The notes: generated from the letters alone by a model not told the origin. Positions 12,980 through 27,600 are shown, counted from the stretch's first letter. The stretch is 64,000 nt of DNA from Octopus vulgaris (GCA_951406725.2 OX597821.1:97278001-97342000), one strand, 5' to 3'. A program made the numbers and translations.

Positions 12980-13325
12980 GGTGCAGGAGTAGATGTGTGG
13001 TAAGTAGCTTGCTTACCAACCACATGGTTTCGTGTTCAGTCCCACTGCTTAGCACCTTGAGCAAGTGTCTTCTACTATAGCCTTAGTCTGACCAAAGCCT
13101 TATGAGTGGATTTGGTAGATGGAAACTGAAAGAAGTCCATCGTATATGTGTGTTTGTGTGCATGTGTCCCCTAACATTGATTGACAACCGATGCTGGTGT
13201 GTTTACGTCACCGTAACTTAGCGATTAGGCAAAGAAACCGATAGAATAAGTACTGGGGGGTCGATTTACTCGACTAAAGGCGGTGCTCCAGCATGGTCGC
13301 AGTCAAATGACTGAAACAAATGAAA
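12980..13325 (+). mobile_element. SINE family B
   Basis: Head, body and tail match 22058-22450. Confidence 0.85.
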
Positions 13326-13380
<55 letters not shown>

Positions 13381-13910
13381 TATACAATATATAATACAGA
13401 TAAATATATATACTTATGTATATGCATATAAATGCATATGTATATATGTGTATATAAATGCATATGTATATATATATATATGTGTATATAAATGCATATT
13501 CAAATGTCTGGGTATAGATATAAACACATACATTACACAAACTCCCATATATACATATGTGTGTGCACAGAACTTTATGCATATGCGTGTATGTTTGTAA
13601 TATATATATATATATATACATACACACACACATACATACGTATATATATATATAGACACTGGCTTTCACTATTATCTACCGCAACCACACACACATACTC
13701 ACGCGAATACACACACACATATACACAAATACGTATTTGTATAGAGAGAGAGAAAGAGAGAGAGAGAGATTCAGGTAAACACACATTTGCAGATAATAAC
13801 CTTGTTAATTCGCTGACAGACTTCAACAGTTAATCAGCGCACCACCACATCTCTCTCTCTCTCTCTCTCGCTCACTCACTCGCTGTCTCTCTCTCTCTCT
13901 CTCTCACTCG

Positions 13911-13972
<62 letters not shown>

Positions 13973-15284
13973 ATCATCGCCATCTCCACCTTGTAAACTA
14001 CCAGGCCTTTTCACAGTACAGAATCGCTTAGTACGTAACAATACGGCTATATCTTAAATGGCTGTAGGAGCATTGCTCCCCTTATCTTACACACAAAAGC
14101 CTGTCTATAATTACACAGATACATACATGTATTTGTGTATTAGTACACACATATATATTACACATAATCGAGTAGTCCAATATATATACAATTAACGTCC
14201 TAATTTTACTTATTTTTACATAGCGATACATGTATATACTGATAGATATACATACCTATACGTGCATATATCATTGTTATTGATAGTATCACCATAATCA
14301 TCGTTTATGATCAAAGACGTTTTACACGACGCCGCCAAGTCTTTCCTATATCGACGATGTATTTCGTCTGCTTTTTTTAATTGATATATATTTATATATA
14401 TATTGTAAATAGAACGATAGATATATTGGTTTGCTTATGCTGCTGTGTGGACTTGCTCTGTTGATACCGTACAAAAACTGACTCTCGTATACAAACACAT
14501 CTTTATACATACATACGTAGGTACGTAGAAAAATGTATATTTTGTAGAGTTAAATGTGTTCCTATATTAGTGAAAGTATGTAAATTTCCAATGTATATAT
14601 GTATATATATATACTGATTGATTGGCAGATAAACAAAGATGCGGTCTTCGGTACGAAGAGTTTGAATGAACGAAAGAAGAAAAAGTAAAAAAAAAAAAAC
14701 GACTCGGCGGAAAACAATAATTATTGAAAAAAAAAATGATAATAAACAACAACAATGACAAGATGAATCAGATAAAAGTAATAACTATAATTATAATGTT
14801 TTGTCTGTAGAAATTCTTTGGAAACAATTTCCCTTTCATGACAAGGTAAAAATATATTAAATAACAACAAAATAGAATAAATGGAAAACCACCGAACATT
14901 ACCAAGATGAGAAAAAAATAATGTAAAGAAGACCAAAAGACAGTTAAGTCAACCTTTAATCGAATAACTAATTAATAATCGAAGAAAAAGGAAAAAAAGG
15001 AAAAGGTTCGACTACAAATTGTCTTTTGGAGAACACCAGGAGTATTTTTTAACTTGTTTAAATATTTATTATGGATGATTACGTAGGAGAACAGGCAATT
15101 CGAACCATGTTTCATACGGAGCCTTATCAAAGTACTTCACAATGAGGAGGTGAAGAAAAAAACGGCTTGTAATTGTAATAGTCGTGAACCCAGAAAGGGG
15201 TCGTTACAGTTTTTTTTTTCCTTTTTTTTTCGTGTTTTTTTTTTTTTACTTACAAGCCGGTTTTCGTTTGAAGCTGTTTAAAAG

Positions 15285-15304
15285 ATGAGGGATTTAACAA
15301 TCGG
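15285..15304 (+). CDS. Candidate first coding micro-exon (MRDLTI, phase-2 donor), gene unknown
   Basis: aaagATG context followed by CGG|gtaagc donor inside the CpG-retaining zone; no downstream exons identified. Confidence 0.2.
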
Positions 15305-15344
15305 GTAAGCTTGAAACTCTGCCTATCTAGCCATCTATCCTGTT

Positions 15345-15505
<161 letters not shown>

Positions 15506-15796
15506 TGTTTGTGTGTGACAAAATTTTGTGGGATTACCTTGCGGCATTCAGCTCCGTCTCTACGGTTCTGAGTTGAAATTCCACTCGGGGGGGGGGGGGT
15601 AACCCATCGATTTTTTTGATCGTTTACACCTCTTTCCCCGATAATTTTGTGCCAATTTTGTGTATAAGATTAATTTTATGTGCACAACCGAAATAGCAGA
15701 GCACTCAATAATAATCAGTAAAGAATTCATGATTTATATGTAAACAATTGGTACATTCTCTCTTTCATAAACACACACACACACACACATATAAGA

Positions 15797-15985
15797 TCAG
15801 CAACAATTTAGATTCAAATGAATATGGTACGGCGATCTTAATTTAGATGCACCAGAATTTTGTATGGTGTTACCCATAAAAATATGCGGGGTGATTATAA
15901 TCAAAAAATAAGCAACAAGAATGAATCCGGTAATTTAGTACAATTGTTTCATACTACAACATTTTATTAAAAGCTGTAAATTAAT
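15797..15985 (-). mobile_element. PLE-type terminal-repeat remnant F2
   Basis: Aligns with 41832-42020 (aatttagattca..gaatatggtac..gcaccagaattt..ggggtgatta.aatcaaaa). Confidence 0.6.
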
Positions 15986-16761
15986 AACATCCCTATATAT
16001 ATATATATATATGTATACACAGAAAGAAAGAGTATGCAACTATAATGAAATTTCACATGTGAATATAACCAGTGTGTTCGTGTGTCCACCTTCCAATATA
16101 TCTTTAATAAAAACTAAGAAAAAAACCTGTACAAGTAGTACTGTCTGTAATGTGTAGTAAAGGTAGTATCTAAACCGAATTGTTTCTATCTTAATTGGTA
16201 ATTGATGCAGGGGGTGTGTCTGGGACGTCACTGCAGTACTGAGATGTCATTCAGATAAACATATACACCTCAGTTTTTAAGTAGCGCACGAGCACGTGCA
16301 GGCGCGCGCGGATAGGAGCGGACTGGCCCGTTCTCTGACATACATACATCGATAAACAAACAGAATGCATGTGTGTGTGTGTATATATATATATACACAC
16401 ACAATGATTTGTCATTCATAGACTAACATATACGTACTTACAAAGAGAGAAAAAGCGATAGAGAGAGGGAGGCAAGGAAGAATCGATCGATCGATAAATT
16501 GCTAGCTTATACATATATCATTTGTGTGTGTGTATGTGTATATATATATATATATATAATATATACACGCACATCTATCTATGTATATATGATACAACAT
16601 TCTATTAGGAAAATTGTAGATGCAGGTATCACCTGCAAATACAAACACCACACTTACCCACGTATACACACACACTCATACACTGTTGCACACGTGTATT
16701 ATATCTTGCGAGCTAATTAGAAAGAAGTACAGCGATGCATATATAGGTATGTGTGTGTGTG

Positions 16762-16839
16762 TGATAGGTAGATGATAGATAGATAGATAGATAGGTAGGT
16801 AGATAGGTAGGTAGATAGATAGATAGATAGGTAGGTAGG

Positions 16840-16893
<54 letters not shown>

Positions 16894-16907
16894 CGTAGGT
16901 AGGTAGG

Positions 16908-16958
<51 letters not shown>

Positions 16959-17071
16959 GTAGATAGATAGGTAGGTAAGTAAGTAGGTAGATAGATAGGT
17001 AAGTAAGTAGGTAGATAGATAGGTAGGTAAGTAAGTAGGTAGATAGATAGATAGGTAGGTAAGTAAGTAGG

Positions 17072-17129
<58 letters not shown>

Positions 17130-17150
17130 CATAGGTAGATAGATAGATAT
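16762..17150. repeat. (GATA)n/(GGTA)n tetranucleotide microsatellite
   Basis: Direct reading. Confidence 0.95.
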
Positions 17151-17741
17151 GTTTATACATGCAGATCTACATCCAGGAAGTGAAAAGTGACCGTGCAATA
17201 ATCTAAAGCTAGAAGCAGGGAGACGAGGTGCGAAATGAGGGCATACTGAACATTGTACCGCATTTAGCGACAAATTTTGGGGAAAGATATGCGTCTTAAG
17301 CAACTATTGTTGGGCATCTCAGCCGGCATTGTGTGAGTGCGTATCGATACATATTTGTGTATGTGAAACTACGTTTATGTGTGCGCGTTTGTCACTCTGG
17401 TTAAGTGTGTGTTTATCTGTTTATCGACCCATCGATCCGTTGTTCAATTTACCTACATCACAGCCTCACTCTCTCTCTCTCTTTCTCCATCTATGTACCT
17501 ATCTGTTTGTCTGGCTATCTACCTATTTGTCTGTCTGTCTGTCAATCTATTCTATCTATCTAACCGTGTGTGACTTGAAATAGGTGTCTATGTATTTGTA
17601 TGTCTGTCTGTATATATATAAATAAAATAAAACATATGCACATATACATACATATATGTACATACCTACTTCTACATGTATATATAGATAGATAGACAGA
17701 TATGTTTATACATATCTGTATAGGACACCAAGGTAGGTAGG

Positions 17742-17779
<38 letters not shown>

Positions 17780-17827
17780 TATAGATAGATAGATAGATCT
17801 ATATATAGATAGATAGGTAGTAGTAGG

Positions 17828-17882
<55 letters not shown>

Positions 17883-18526
17883 GTAAGTAGGTAGATAGAT
17901 AGACAGATAGATAGGACACAAAAAAAAAAGTCGAACAAAATGAGAAACGAAAACATAAACGCAAATACACACACACACACACACATATATATACATGCGT
18001 GTGTGTGTGTGTGTGTATGAATTCGTTATTTACGCGTCTGTGCGTGTATATGTATTTATATGTATGTTAACGTTGTAGTATAAACGTGTGCATAATTCAT
18101 GAGTGTGTGTGTTGTTATGCTCCTGGTAGTTTCTCCTTCAGCTCGCCTCTGATCGAAATCTTTCTAATCGTCATCATCCTGTTATATTATGCCCAGTCTA
18201 TCTAGGATTACATTGTCTTATGTTTCCTTCATTCAAAGTAGACAAAATGAAGAGTTGACCGCTATTTCTAAATTGTGCGACCTCATGGAGACTTTCTAAC
18301 ATACACGAGTACGTGTCTGTATGTGTATGTATGTATGTGTAAGTATGTATGTCTGTGTATGTATGTATGTATGTATGTACGCATGCATGTATGTTTGAAG
18401 ATGATGATGATATATCGGTTTGGAAGGTAATGCAGAGTTTGATAACGAATATTTCTCAGATATCCTCTTACAATATACATCGTTAACAAGGGTATAATGG
18501 TCAGTAAATACATACATTATACGTAA

Positions 18527-18690
<164 letters not shown>

Positions 18691-18760
18691 TATATAATTA
18701 TATTTATATATATCACCTATATATATATAATTATATATATGTGTGTGTGTATGTATGTAC

Positions 18761-18821
<61 letters not shown>

Positions 18822-18882
18822 ATTCAAGCATACACACACGAGTGTGTTTATGTGTGTGTGTATGTATTTATATATGCATATG

Positions 18883-18917
<35 letters not shown>

Positions 18918-19446
18918 ATATATATTTAGATAGATAGATATGTATGTTTGTATGTATCTATGTATGTATGGTGCATTCCATACAATGAACTCATTATATT
19001 TATTTGCTTATCTTTCCATCACTAATTTCACCATCACTCGTGTCATCTCCATCATATCTCTTCATCCTTTTGTTCTCTCTCTCTCTCACTCTCTCTCTCT
19101 CTCTTTCTGTCCATTCCCCCTCTCTTCAATTTGCAGTTTCGTTGTACCTGCTCTAACTAAGGATCATAGTACCTGATGTCCCTGCCGTCACTGCAACCGA
19201 ACTGCCAGTCATCACTCCTTCTCCCTTAGGTCACTAGGGAGAATCTCAACATTGTCCACCCACCTCCACTACTCTCCTTCACACTCTCTACCCTTCTGTC
19301 ATCATCTCACCCCAACTGCTTTGTTTCAGCTATCACACTCTTATGTTCACCCATCCTGATTCTTCATCTGATGTCGCTGTATCGTCTGTTCACCTCCTCA
19401 GATATGTTATTTTGAGTGGATGAACATATCATACACTAGTTAAGTA

Positions 19447-19760
19447 AAGGTGCATGGCTTAATGGTTAGAGTATTCGATTCATGATTATAAGGCCATGAG
19501 TTCAATTCCTGACAGTGTTTTGTGTCCTTGAGAAAGACACTTTATTTCACATTGCTCCTGTCTACTCAGCTGTCAAAAATGAGTTGTACTTCAAAGGGCC
19601 AGCCCTATCAGTCTGTGTCCTGCTGAATCTCCCTGAGAAGTATATTAAAGGTACACTTGTCTGTGGGTTGCTCAGCCACTTGCACGTTAATTTCACGAGC
19701 AGGCTGTTCCATCAATTGGATTAACTGGAATCTTCCTTGTCGTAACTGACAGAGCACCAG
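19447..19760 (+). mobile_element. SINE family D head with tail shared with 47206-47400
   Basis: ggtgcatggcttaatggttagag...gagttcaattcc head, cttgagaaagacactttatttcac block; tail ctcagccacttgcacgttaatttcacgagcaggctgttcc. Confidence 0.75.
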
Positions 19761-19947
19761 TATTTATCAAACAGTAGTGAGGACTCTCTATTCTTAAGAA
19801 ATACAGGGTGGCCTCACTAACACTGGAACCTCAATAGAATGCACCCAGTATACTCTGTAAAGTGAGTGGTTTTAGGAAGGGTATCGAGCTGCTGACACCA
19901 AGCAAAAATTAAATATGTAAGTGTGATATGGCCCTTGTCCCCCAATC

Positions 19948-20250
19948 CATCATCATCATCATCATCATCATTTAGCATCCGCTTTCCATGCTAGCATGGG
20001 TTGGACGGTGCAACTGGGGTCTGGGAAGCCAGAAGGCTGCACCAGGCCCTGTCTGATCTGGCAATGTTTCTACGGCTGGATGCCCTTTCTAACACCAACC
20101 ACTCCGAGAGTGTAGTGGGTGCTTTTTACGTGCCACCGGCACAGGGGCCAGGCGAGGCTGGCAACGGCCACGATCAGATGGTGCTTTTTACGTGCCACTG
20201 GCACGGAGGCCCGTCGGGGCAGCGCTGGCAACGGCCACGTTCGGATGGTT
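19948..20250 (-). mobile_element. RTE family 2 3'UTR fragment
   Basis: (CAT)n tail plus tandem units. Confidence 0.85.
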
Positions 20251-21166
20251 CGCTTATCTGGAGGGATATTAACTTTGAATAACAACTGACTCTGACCATA
20301 ACAACTTATTCAATACATAGTGTTGAAAGTGGAGATGAAATGATGATGATGACAACAGTGATGACGATGATGATGATGATGACGACGACAATGATGTTGA
20401 TGAGAAGGAGGAGGAAGAGGAATAAGATTGTAATGATGATAATGATGGTAATGGTAATGATGTAAAAGGATGATGAGAATGATGATAGGGAGGAGGAGGA
20501 AGATCACAAGGATGGTGATCTTCCTCCTCCTCCCTATCATCATTCTCATCATCCTTTTACATCCTTTTACATCAAGGATGGTGATGTATAATGATGCTGG
20601 TAATGGTGATGGTGACAATGGTAGTGATGATGACGATGAGTAGGAGGAGGAGGATGGTGATAAAGATGACGATGATATGGAAGAAAAAGATGACAAGGAT
20701 GATGATATATACGTGTGAAAAACATGGTTTAAATGATTATGTTATTGGGCTTGTGGTCATAAGGTTGTGGGTTCAATTCTTGAACTGGGTGGCATATTGT
20801 ATCCTTGAGCAATGTTGCCAGATTTTACCAAACTGGAAGTAACTGATGTTACCTGTGCACAACAGAGATAGGGAGAGTCCTCAAAAAACACAATCTCTAT
20901 TTAAACACCCAATTAAAAATATCTGATGAATGCAGACACTATGAAAAACACCTATTACGTAACTGGGCAACTACCTATGTACAGACACAGGAAATTGCTT
21001 CACTTTAGATGCCTTTGCTCTTCTTCCAGTTTTGTTTTTATTTTCTTCCTTCTCTCTTCTTTTTTCACACCCTATTACTCCAACTTCCTATTTAGTCCCT
21101 TCATACACATCTGTATTACTCTCTCTCTCTCTCTCTTTCTTTTTCTCACCCATTACAATGTTTCTT

Positions 21167-21398
21167 ATATTTTTACTACCCACAAGGGGCTAAACACAGA
21201 GAGGACAAACAAGGACAGACAAACGTATTAAGTCGATTATATCGACCCCAGTGCGTAACTGGTACTTATTTAATCGACCCCGAAAGGATGAAAAGCAAAG
21301 TCGACCTCGGCGGAATTTGAACTCAGAACGTAACGGCAGACGAAATACCGCTAAGCATTTCGCCTGGCGTGCTAACGTTTCTGCCAGTTCCCCGCCTT
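21167..21398 (-). mobile_element. SINE family A, full length, TSD aatgtttct
   Basis: TSD at 21157-21165 and 21399-21407. Confidence 0.9.
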
Positions 21399-21909
21399 AA
21401 TGTTTCTGAAACTGTCACTCTTCTCTCGCCATTACCTATCTCTGTAACAATCATTGATCACTCACCTTCTTACCACCAAATAAATAGTTGCTAACATTGC
21501 CTGTCTCCACCTTATTTGGCTTGCGAGGTAAAAGACAACTTCACAAGTGCTGGTGCCATTAAAAAACGTGTACACTGTACACTCTGTAAAGTGATTGATA
21601 ACTGTGGTAAAAATGGAAAGTATGAGTGAAACATAGTCCCTCACATATCTGGAAAGATAGCAACTCCAATAAAAACTACTAAGACAGATTGTGACAATCT
21701 CTCTATCACATACCAGCTTGGAAAATGGATGAAGAATGATGCACGTATGTCTATTCATACATACATACATACATATATATATATAGCACATCGAGTTGCC
21801 ACATCAAAGTGGCAGGTGAATGTTTAACCCCGGGCAGATTCTTCGCCAGCTGGCTTTTAATGCAATGTTCTGCATCCTTTATAAACAATTCATTGCTAGC
21901 TACTTTGCT

Positions 21910-22055
<146 letters not shown>

Positions 22056-22057
22056 AA

Positions 22058-22450
22058 TAGGCACAGGAGTGGCTGTGTGGTAAGTAGCTTGCTTACCAAC
22101 TACATGGTTCCGGGTTCAGTCCCACTGTGTGGCACCTTGGGCAAGTGTCTTCTACTATAGCCTCGGGCCGACCAAAGCCTTGTGAGTGGATTTGGTAGAC
22201 AGAAACTGAAAGAAGCCCGTTGTATATATGTGTATATGCGTGTATGTGTTTGTGTGTCTGTGTTTGTCACCCTAGCATTGCTTGACAACCAATGCTGGTG
22301 TGTTTATGTCCCCGCTACTTAGCGGTTCAGCAAAAGAGACCGATAGAATAAGTACTGGGCTTACAAAACAATAAGTCCTGGGGTCAAGTTGCTCAATTAA
22401 AGGCGGTGCTCCAGCATGGCCACAGTCAAATGACTGAAACAAGTAAAAGA
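22058..22450 (+). mobile_element. SINE family B, full length, in (TA)n
   Basis: A/B-box head, CORE-like cttgggcaagtg block, tail gactgaaacaagtaaaagag. Confidence 0.9.
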
Positions 22451-22477
22451 GTATATATATATGCATACATACATGAA

Positions 22478-22680
22478 TAAGCACATAAATGTGAAACAAG
22501 GTACGAAAAAATAGTACTCAAAACCAGAGGTAGAGTAATATGCTTTTTTTTTACTATTAAAGCTGCAAAAACGTCACAAAAAACTGCTGCTCAGAGTTTC
22601 ACATTCCCGTTTGTCAGGCAGATGTGATTAAGAATCTTAATTACAACTGCTCGACAAACAAAAACGTGAAACTGAGTAGC
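22478..22680 (-). mobile_element. PLE-type terminal repeat F1 with short inverted copy
   Basis: Homologous to 11610-11742; reverse strand ctgacaaacgggaatgtgaaactctgagc. Confidence 0.65.
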
Positions 22681-22760
22681 GAAGTGGTGATGGTAAGTGA
22701 AGTAAGTTGAGTATTTGGACCCAGTGATGGGATGGATCAGTCCATCTTTCATAATATCAA

Positions 22761-22986
22761 TTTCTTTACTACCCACAAGGGGCTAAACATAGAGGGGACA
22801 AACTTTGGACAGACATAGGTATTAAGTCAATTATATAGACCCCAGTGCGTAACTGGTACTTAATTTATCGACCCCGAAAGGATGAAAGGCAAAGTCAACC
22901 TCGGCAGAATTTGAACTCACAACGTAACGGCAGCCGAAATACCGCTAAGCATTTCGCCCGACGTGCTAACGATTCTGCCAGCTCGG
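22761..22986 (-). mobile_element. SINE family A, TSD tcataatatca
   Basis: Consensus match and flanking direct repeat. Confidence 0.9.
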
Positions 22987-23481
22987 TCATAATATCATAG
23001 GATGGCTGGTTCATTGAAGCCCAAAACAGTTACACATGTTTATTGTTGAGAGAGGGTCGGCACTCTTTTAGCGAGTGAGGTAATGAGAAGGTAAGTGGAA
23101 AATGATAAGAGAGAGTCAGAGGGTGATAAGATAGCAGGTGTGGGGGGGGGGGTTAAGTAGGTAAGGATATGGTACTACTACATTTTATATGGTTGGGTTA
23201 AATGGTGCATAGAGGAAAATTAAATAGAAGTGAGTAATGGAAAAGAGAAGATAAAGATAAAAGGAAAGGTAGTATCAGGGGGTTGGTAAAAGGGAGTCAA
23301 AGGGATAAAAGCTGTGAAGGGGTTGAGTAGAAAGAGAAAAAACAACAAAGATGGTGATGCATGCACTTTGCAAGAGGTTGGGCCTCCTGCAACACCACAT
23401 ATCACCAGATGGAACATTGTTTTTCAGCACCTCATCTTAAGTCTTAATTGGTTTTTCTCTTCTACATCTACCATTCATTCT

Positions 23482-23709
23482 TATTTCTGTATTGCCCACA
23501 AGGGGCTAAACATAGAGGGGACAAACAAGGACAGACAAAGGGATTAAGTAGATTACATCGACCCCCAATGCGTAATTGGTACTTAATTTATCGACCCCGA
23601 AAGGATGAAAGGCAAAGTCGACCTCGGCGGAATTTGAACTCAGAACGTAACAGCAGATGAAATACGGCTACGCATTTCACTCGGCATGCTACCGATTCTG
23701 CCAGCTTGC
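23482..23709 (-). mobile_element. SINE family A, TSD ctaccattcattct
   Basis: Consensus match and flanking direct repeat. Confidence 0.9.
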
Positions 23710-23759
23710 CTACCATTCATTCTGAGCACTTGGTACTTGCTTATGCAGCTGTCATCTTT

Positions 23760-24560
23760 CATCTCCATCAGATGTCTGCACCAGCTCGATTTTCTCTTAT
23801 ACACACTATAACTTATTCCTTTTATATGCAGTTTCTCTTTCGGTTCCTTTATATTTTGTTGTTCACATACATTAACAAGGCACATCCAGCAAAGCATGCT
23901 CACCTCATTTCATTCAAGCCTTTGCATATCTTCTGCTCTCAATGCCCATGTTTCACCACTGTGCAGCAGTGCACATCATACATAAACATCATGCAATTCA
24001 ACCTTGATCTTGAGGGAATAAACCCTTTGTTGCCAACAAAGGTAACAGCTCCATCAACCTTCTCTAGCTTTTTCTTATTCATTCTAGCTACCCTACTGTC
24101 AGAACAATCAGACCTATTGTTCATTTGATCCCCTAGATAGCAAAAGCTACATCAACTATTTCTAAGAATCCACCTGGGTATTTGAGAGAACCTGTTTCTC
24201 AATCAGTCTTAGTGCTAATTTCCCCTGGTGTACCTACTACATGTGAACTTTACCTTCTTTGTTTACCAACTTTTTGTCCCACTACACCTTTTGAGTGTTC
24301 ATTGATTATACTGAGCATACCTTATAGAATGAAGAATGGATACCTTTCTTGTCACCTGATGCTGTATGCTCCTGTTCTCCTTTCTACTTACTAAAATTTT
24401 TGTTGTTGCTAAGTATACTTCAAGGCCTTTCAATTCTAGATTTTCCTTCATGTCTGGAATTTCAGCTTCAATTCTTCTAGTGATTTCATTAAAAGAGCTA
24501 AATCAATCATCAGCACACAAGAGTTCCTAAGAGCAGCTAGACATGAATTCTTCTGGTATG
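23760..24560 (-). pseudogene. Old, frameshifted RTE-clade LINE RT fragment
   Basis: Reverse translation gives LLHSGETWALRAEDMQRLERNEVSMLCWMC, homologous to the ORF at 45705-46202. Confidence 0.65.
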
Positions 24561-24858
24561 GCATGGAGCCCTAATGTACCCCCACCTGCATACTAAATTC
24601 ATCGTTGAACTTACTGCTGACTTTCACCTTGCTGACTGACCCTTCATATATATGTAACTAAAAATACACACTCACACACATACACATATTCACATTATGC
24701 CTATTTATAGACACAGTTTGAAAACTAAGCCAAAGAAGGTGACTTGACCTGCTAGAAATAACTGCCAAATTTTCAACACATTGAAAAGTTAGCAGTTTTA
24801 TGTTTGTTTTAAAGGAAACTGTCTGTGTAAATGTATATATGTGCATGTATGTGTGATA

Positions 24859-24891
<33 letters not shown>

Positions 24892-24894
24892 GTA

Positions 24895-24953
<59 letters not shown>

Positions 24954-25050
24954 ATATATATATAATAAATCTCTGAACGAGGTATAAAACAGTAGCTGCA
25001 CGACAATGTGAAGTATATTTGCCACTTAAATGTGGCTAACCACTAAGGGT

Positions 25051-25091
<41 letters not shown>

Positions 25092-25094
25092 ATA

Positions 25095-25273
25095 TGCATG
25101 TAGCCACTAAACCTCTTTCTATTTTCTCTCCCTGTTTATTTCTGTGTTCCTTTCTGTGAAAGAGCATAGGCTCAAAATGTAAAAGACTTTCTCACTTCCC
25201 AAGCATTAAACTAATGCATCTGTTTGTTGTTTACACACCCATCTTCGTCTTTTGTTTTTTGGTAAATTCTCAC

Positions 25274-25275
<2 letters not shown>
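25095..25275 (+). mobile_element. Short hammerhead-type element, family F3
   Basis: ctttctgtgaaagagcataggctcaaaatgtaaaag; homologous to 39517-39704 and 44525-44716. Confidence 0.65.
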
Positions 25276-25321
<46 letters not shown>

Positions 25322-25373
25322 CATACATACATAAATACATATATAAATACATACATGCATAAAATGTAGACGT

Positions 25374-25438
<65 letters not shown>

Positions 25439-26595
25439 TTTTGTATCCATGTGTTTTGACCATCCTATTCTCTTTTCTTTTCTTTTTTTTATTTTGCCAT
25501 CTTGGTAGTTTAGTTTGATATTTATGAATGCTTAGCTTCAATTGTCCCCCTAAGGTGGTGGTAGCAGTGGCATTGATTGCAGCAGCAATGGCAGCAGTGG
25601 TCATGGTGGTAGTTGTGATGGTGGTGGTTCTCCTTTACATTGCTGAAAAGTGACAATGAAAAAGCAAGAAACAAACACTGCAAGCTGTTGAGTTTGCCTT
25701 TCTTATTCAAGAATACAACGTCCACCATAATGTTGATATTATAACATCTTGTCATTCAACAGGCAGTTTATAATAGCTTCCTATGTATCATAATTAATGT
25801 ATATGCACCACTGAAAGGTATTTTTGTGGTCTTCATCTGATAAAAAATCTCTCTACAAACATCTTGTGTTCAAAACACACTATATATTGGAGTGAGACAG
25901 AATTAGTCCTAGTAGTGATTCACATGAATGCCAGATACATTTTGGCCTTCTTGGGCCATGTCAATGACATATAACTTACTTGTCACCTTCCTGAAGAAAG
26001 TCCCCTCCAATATATAGGAAACAGTGATTAATACATTCACTGATTTTGCAAGTAGCCATCAGGCTGAATAAAAACTCAGAGAATGCAATTCAAACAGCAT
26101 TAACTGAAGGTTAATATACCCCTGATATTCTTAGGAATCATTGCTGGGACAATTTTTATTTTACTTCACTAGATATTGTGTTTTTAATACAACATGTTTA
26201 TGAAGAGATTTTCTCTCAAACCCAAACCACAGCAATATGCCTCTCAACAATGTGTATAAGTATGATGCATAGATGGCTGTTTTAATTTAATGTTATTTCA
26301 GTTGTGTACAGTGGAGTTTGTAGACAGTTTATATCTTAGATTTTATTCAGTATCTTAACCATTTTGTTATGATATTTCTGCTGTTATGATATTTCTACCT
26401 TTGTTTCAATTCATCTAGAAAATAATAAAGGATTTAATAAACTAACTTTGTTCTTATTAACTTGGTGTTTGAAATATAAATTAGCATAAAATATTCATGA
26501 AAGATTTTAATTTTGATAGTTTTAGACTAGAAAGCTTGTGCATTATTTACATTATTTACATTTGACGGATATTTGTCCTCATCTTGTTTGTTGTT

Positions 26596-26641
26596 AATAC
26601 AACGTTTCATCTGATATACCCTCCAGCCTTCATCAGGTGTC
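26596..26641 (-). ncRNA. Minimal type I hammerhead ribozyme (left arm)
   Basis: gacac CTGATGA a ggctg gagggtatat cagat GAAAC GTT gtatt. Confidence 0.65.
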
Positions 26642-26841
26642 TTGGAGGAAATTTTGAACCTGGATTCTCATTCCTAAGGTATTTTTCGATGTTATTATTA
26701 TTTCAGGTCAAACTTGGAATCTTGGGGTTAGTAGCCTGTGCTCTTAACCACTATACCATATGCCATGGGCATATGGCATAGTGGTTAACAGTGCAGGCTA
26801 CTAACCCCAAGATTCCGAGTTCGATTCCTGGCAGTAACCTA

Positions 26842-26880
<39 letters not shown>

Positions 26881-26942
26881 TATAATAACAACAACATCGA
26901 AAATACCTTAGGAATGAGAATCCAGGTTTGAAATTTCTCCAA

Positions 26943-26988
26943 GACACCTAATGAAGGCTGGAGGGTATATCAGCCGAAACATTGTGTT
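26943..26988 (+). ncRNA. Minimal type I hammerhead ribozyme (right arm)
   Basis: gacac CTAATGA a ggctg gagggtatat cagcc GAAAC ATT gtgtt; stems I and II intact, two core substitutions. Confidence 0.65.
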
Positions 26989-27329
26989 AACAACAAACAA
27001 GATGAGGACAAATATCCGTCAAATGTAAATAATGTACATAATTCCTCATCTCTTAAATATAGAACTGTATTAAGAAGTTTAAATCATGGAACTAAGGGAG
27101 GTCTCAAGCAGGGTTAATATCAATAACAGCACATGGCCAAGTGGTTAGAATTGAAGGTTCACAATCAATAGGCTGTGAGTTTGGGTCTTAGGTGAGGCAA
27201 GCTGTTGTATGCTTAAGCGAAGCTCTTCATTGTACATTGCTTCAGGACACTCAACTAAAAACATGTACCAGTGTCAACTAGGGGTTAATGAGTACTAGTG
27301 GCACCCGAGGCAGATTTGTGTCTTGTTCA

Positions 27330-27486
27330 ACATCATCATCATTTAGCGTCCGCTTTCCATGCTAGCATGGGTTGGACGGTTCAACTGGGGTCTGGGAAGC
27401 CAGAAGGCTGCACCAGGCCCAGTCTGATCTGGCAATGTTTCTACAGCTGGATGCCCTTCCTAATGACAACCACCCCGTGAGTGTAG
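27330..27486 (-). mobile_element. RTE family 2 3' end fragment
   Basis: (CAT)n plus ccatgctagcatggg. Confidence 0.8.
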
Positions 27487-27536
27487 AAGTGAATTTTCTA
27501 TTCATAGCCTGATAGACAGACAGACAGACAGATAGA

Positions 27537-27600
<64 letters not shown>

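Larger units (their letters stand above)
26549..27068. mobile_element. ORF-less head-to-head palindrome of a tRNA-like plus hammerhead PLE terminal repeat
   Basis: Arms ~26549-26764 and ~26768-27035 inverted; A box TGGCATAGTGG 26774-26784; B box GAGTTCGATTCC 26817-26828; homologous to 40450-40660; tail 27020-27068 matches 41761-41823. Confidence 0.85.
26355..27125 (-). mobile_element. Degenerate piggyBac-type MITE interrupted by the palindromic PLE derivative
   Basis: ttaacc start; 26400-26540 is a reverse-complement match to the MITEs at 31926 and 63205. Confidence 0.5.

Noticed and set aside
26768-26840. Functional tRNA gene; also the SINE heads at 49625, 47520-47592 and elsewhere
   Set aside because: No proper acceptor stem or terminator, and each is embedded in a repeat body
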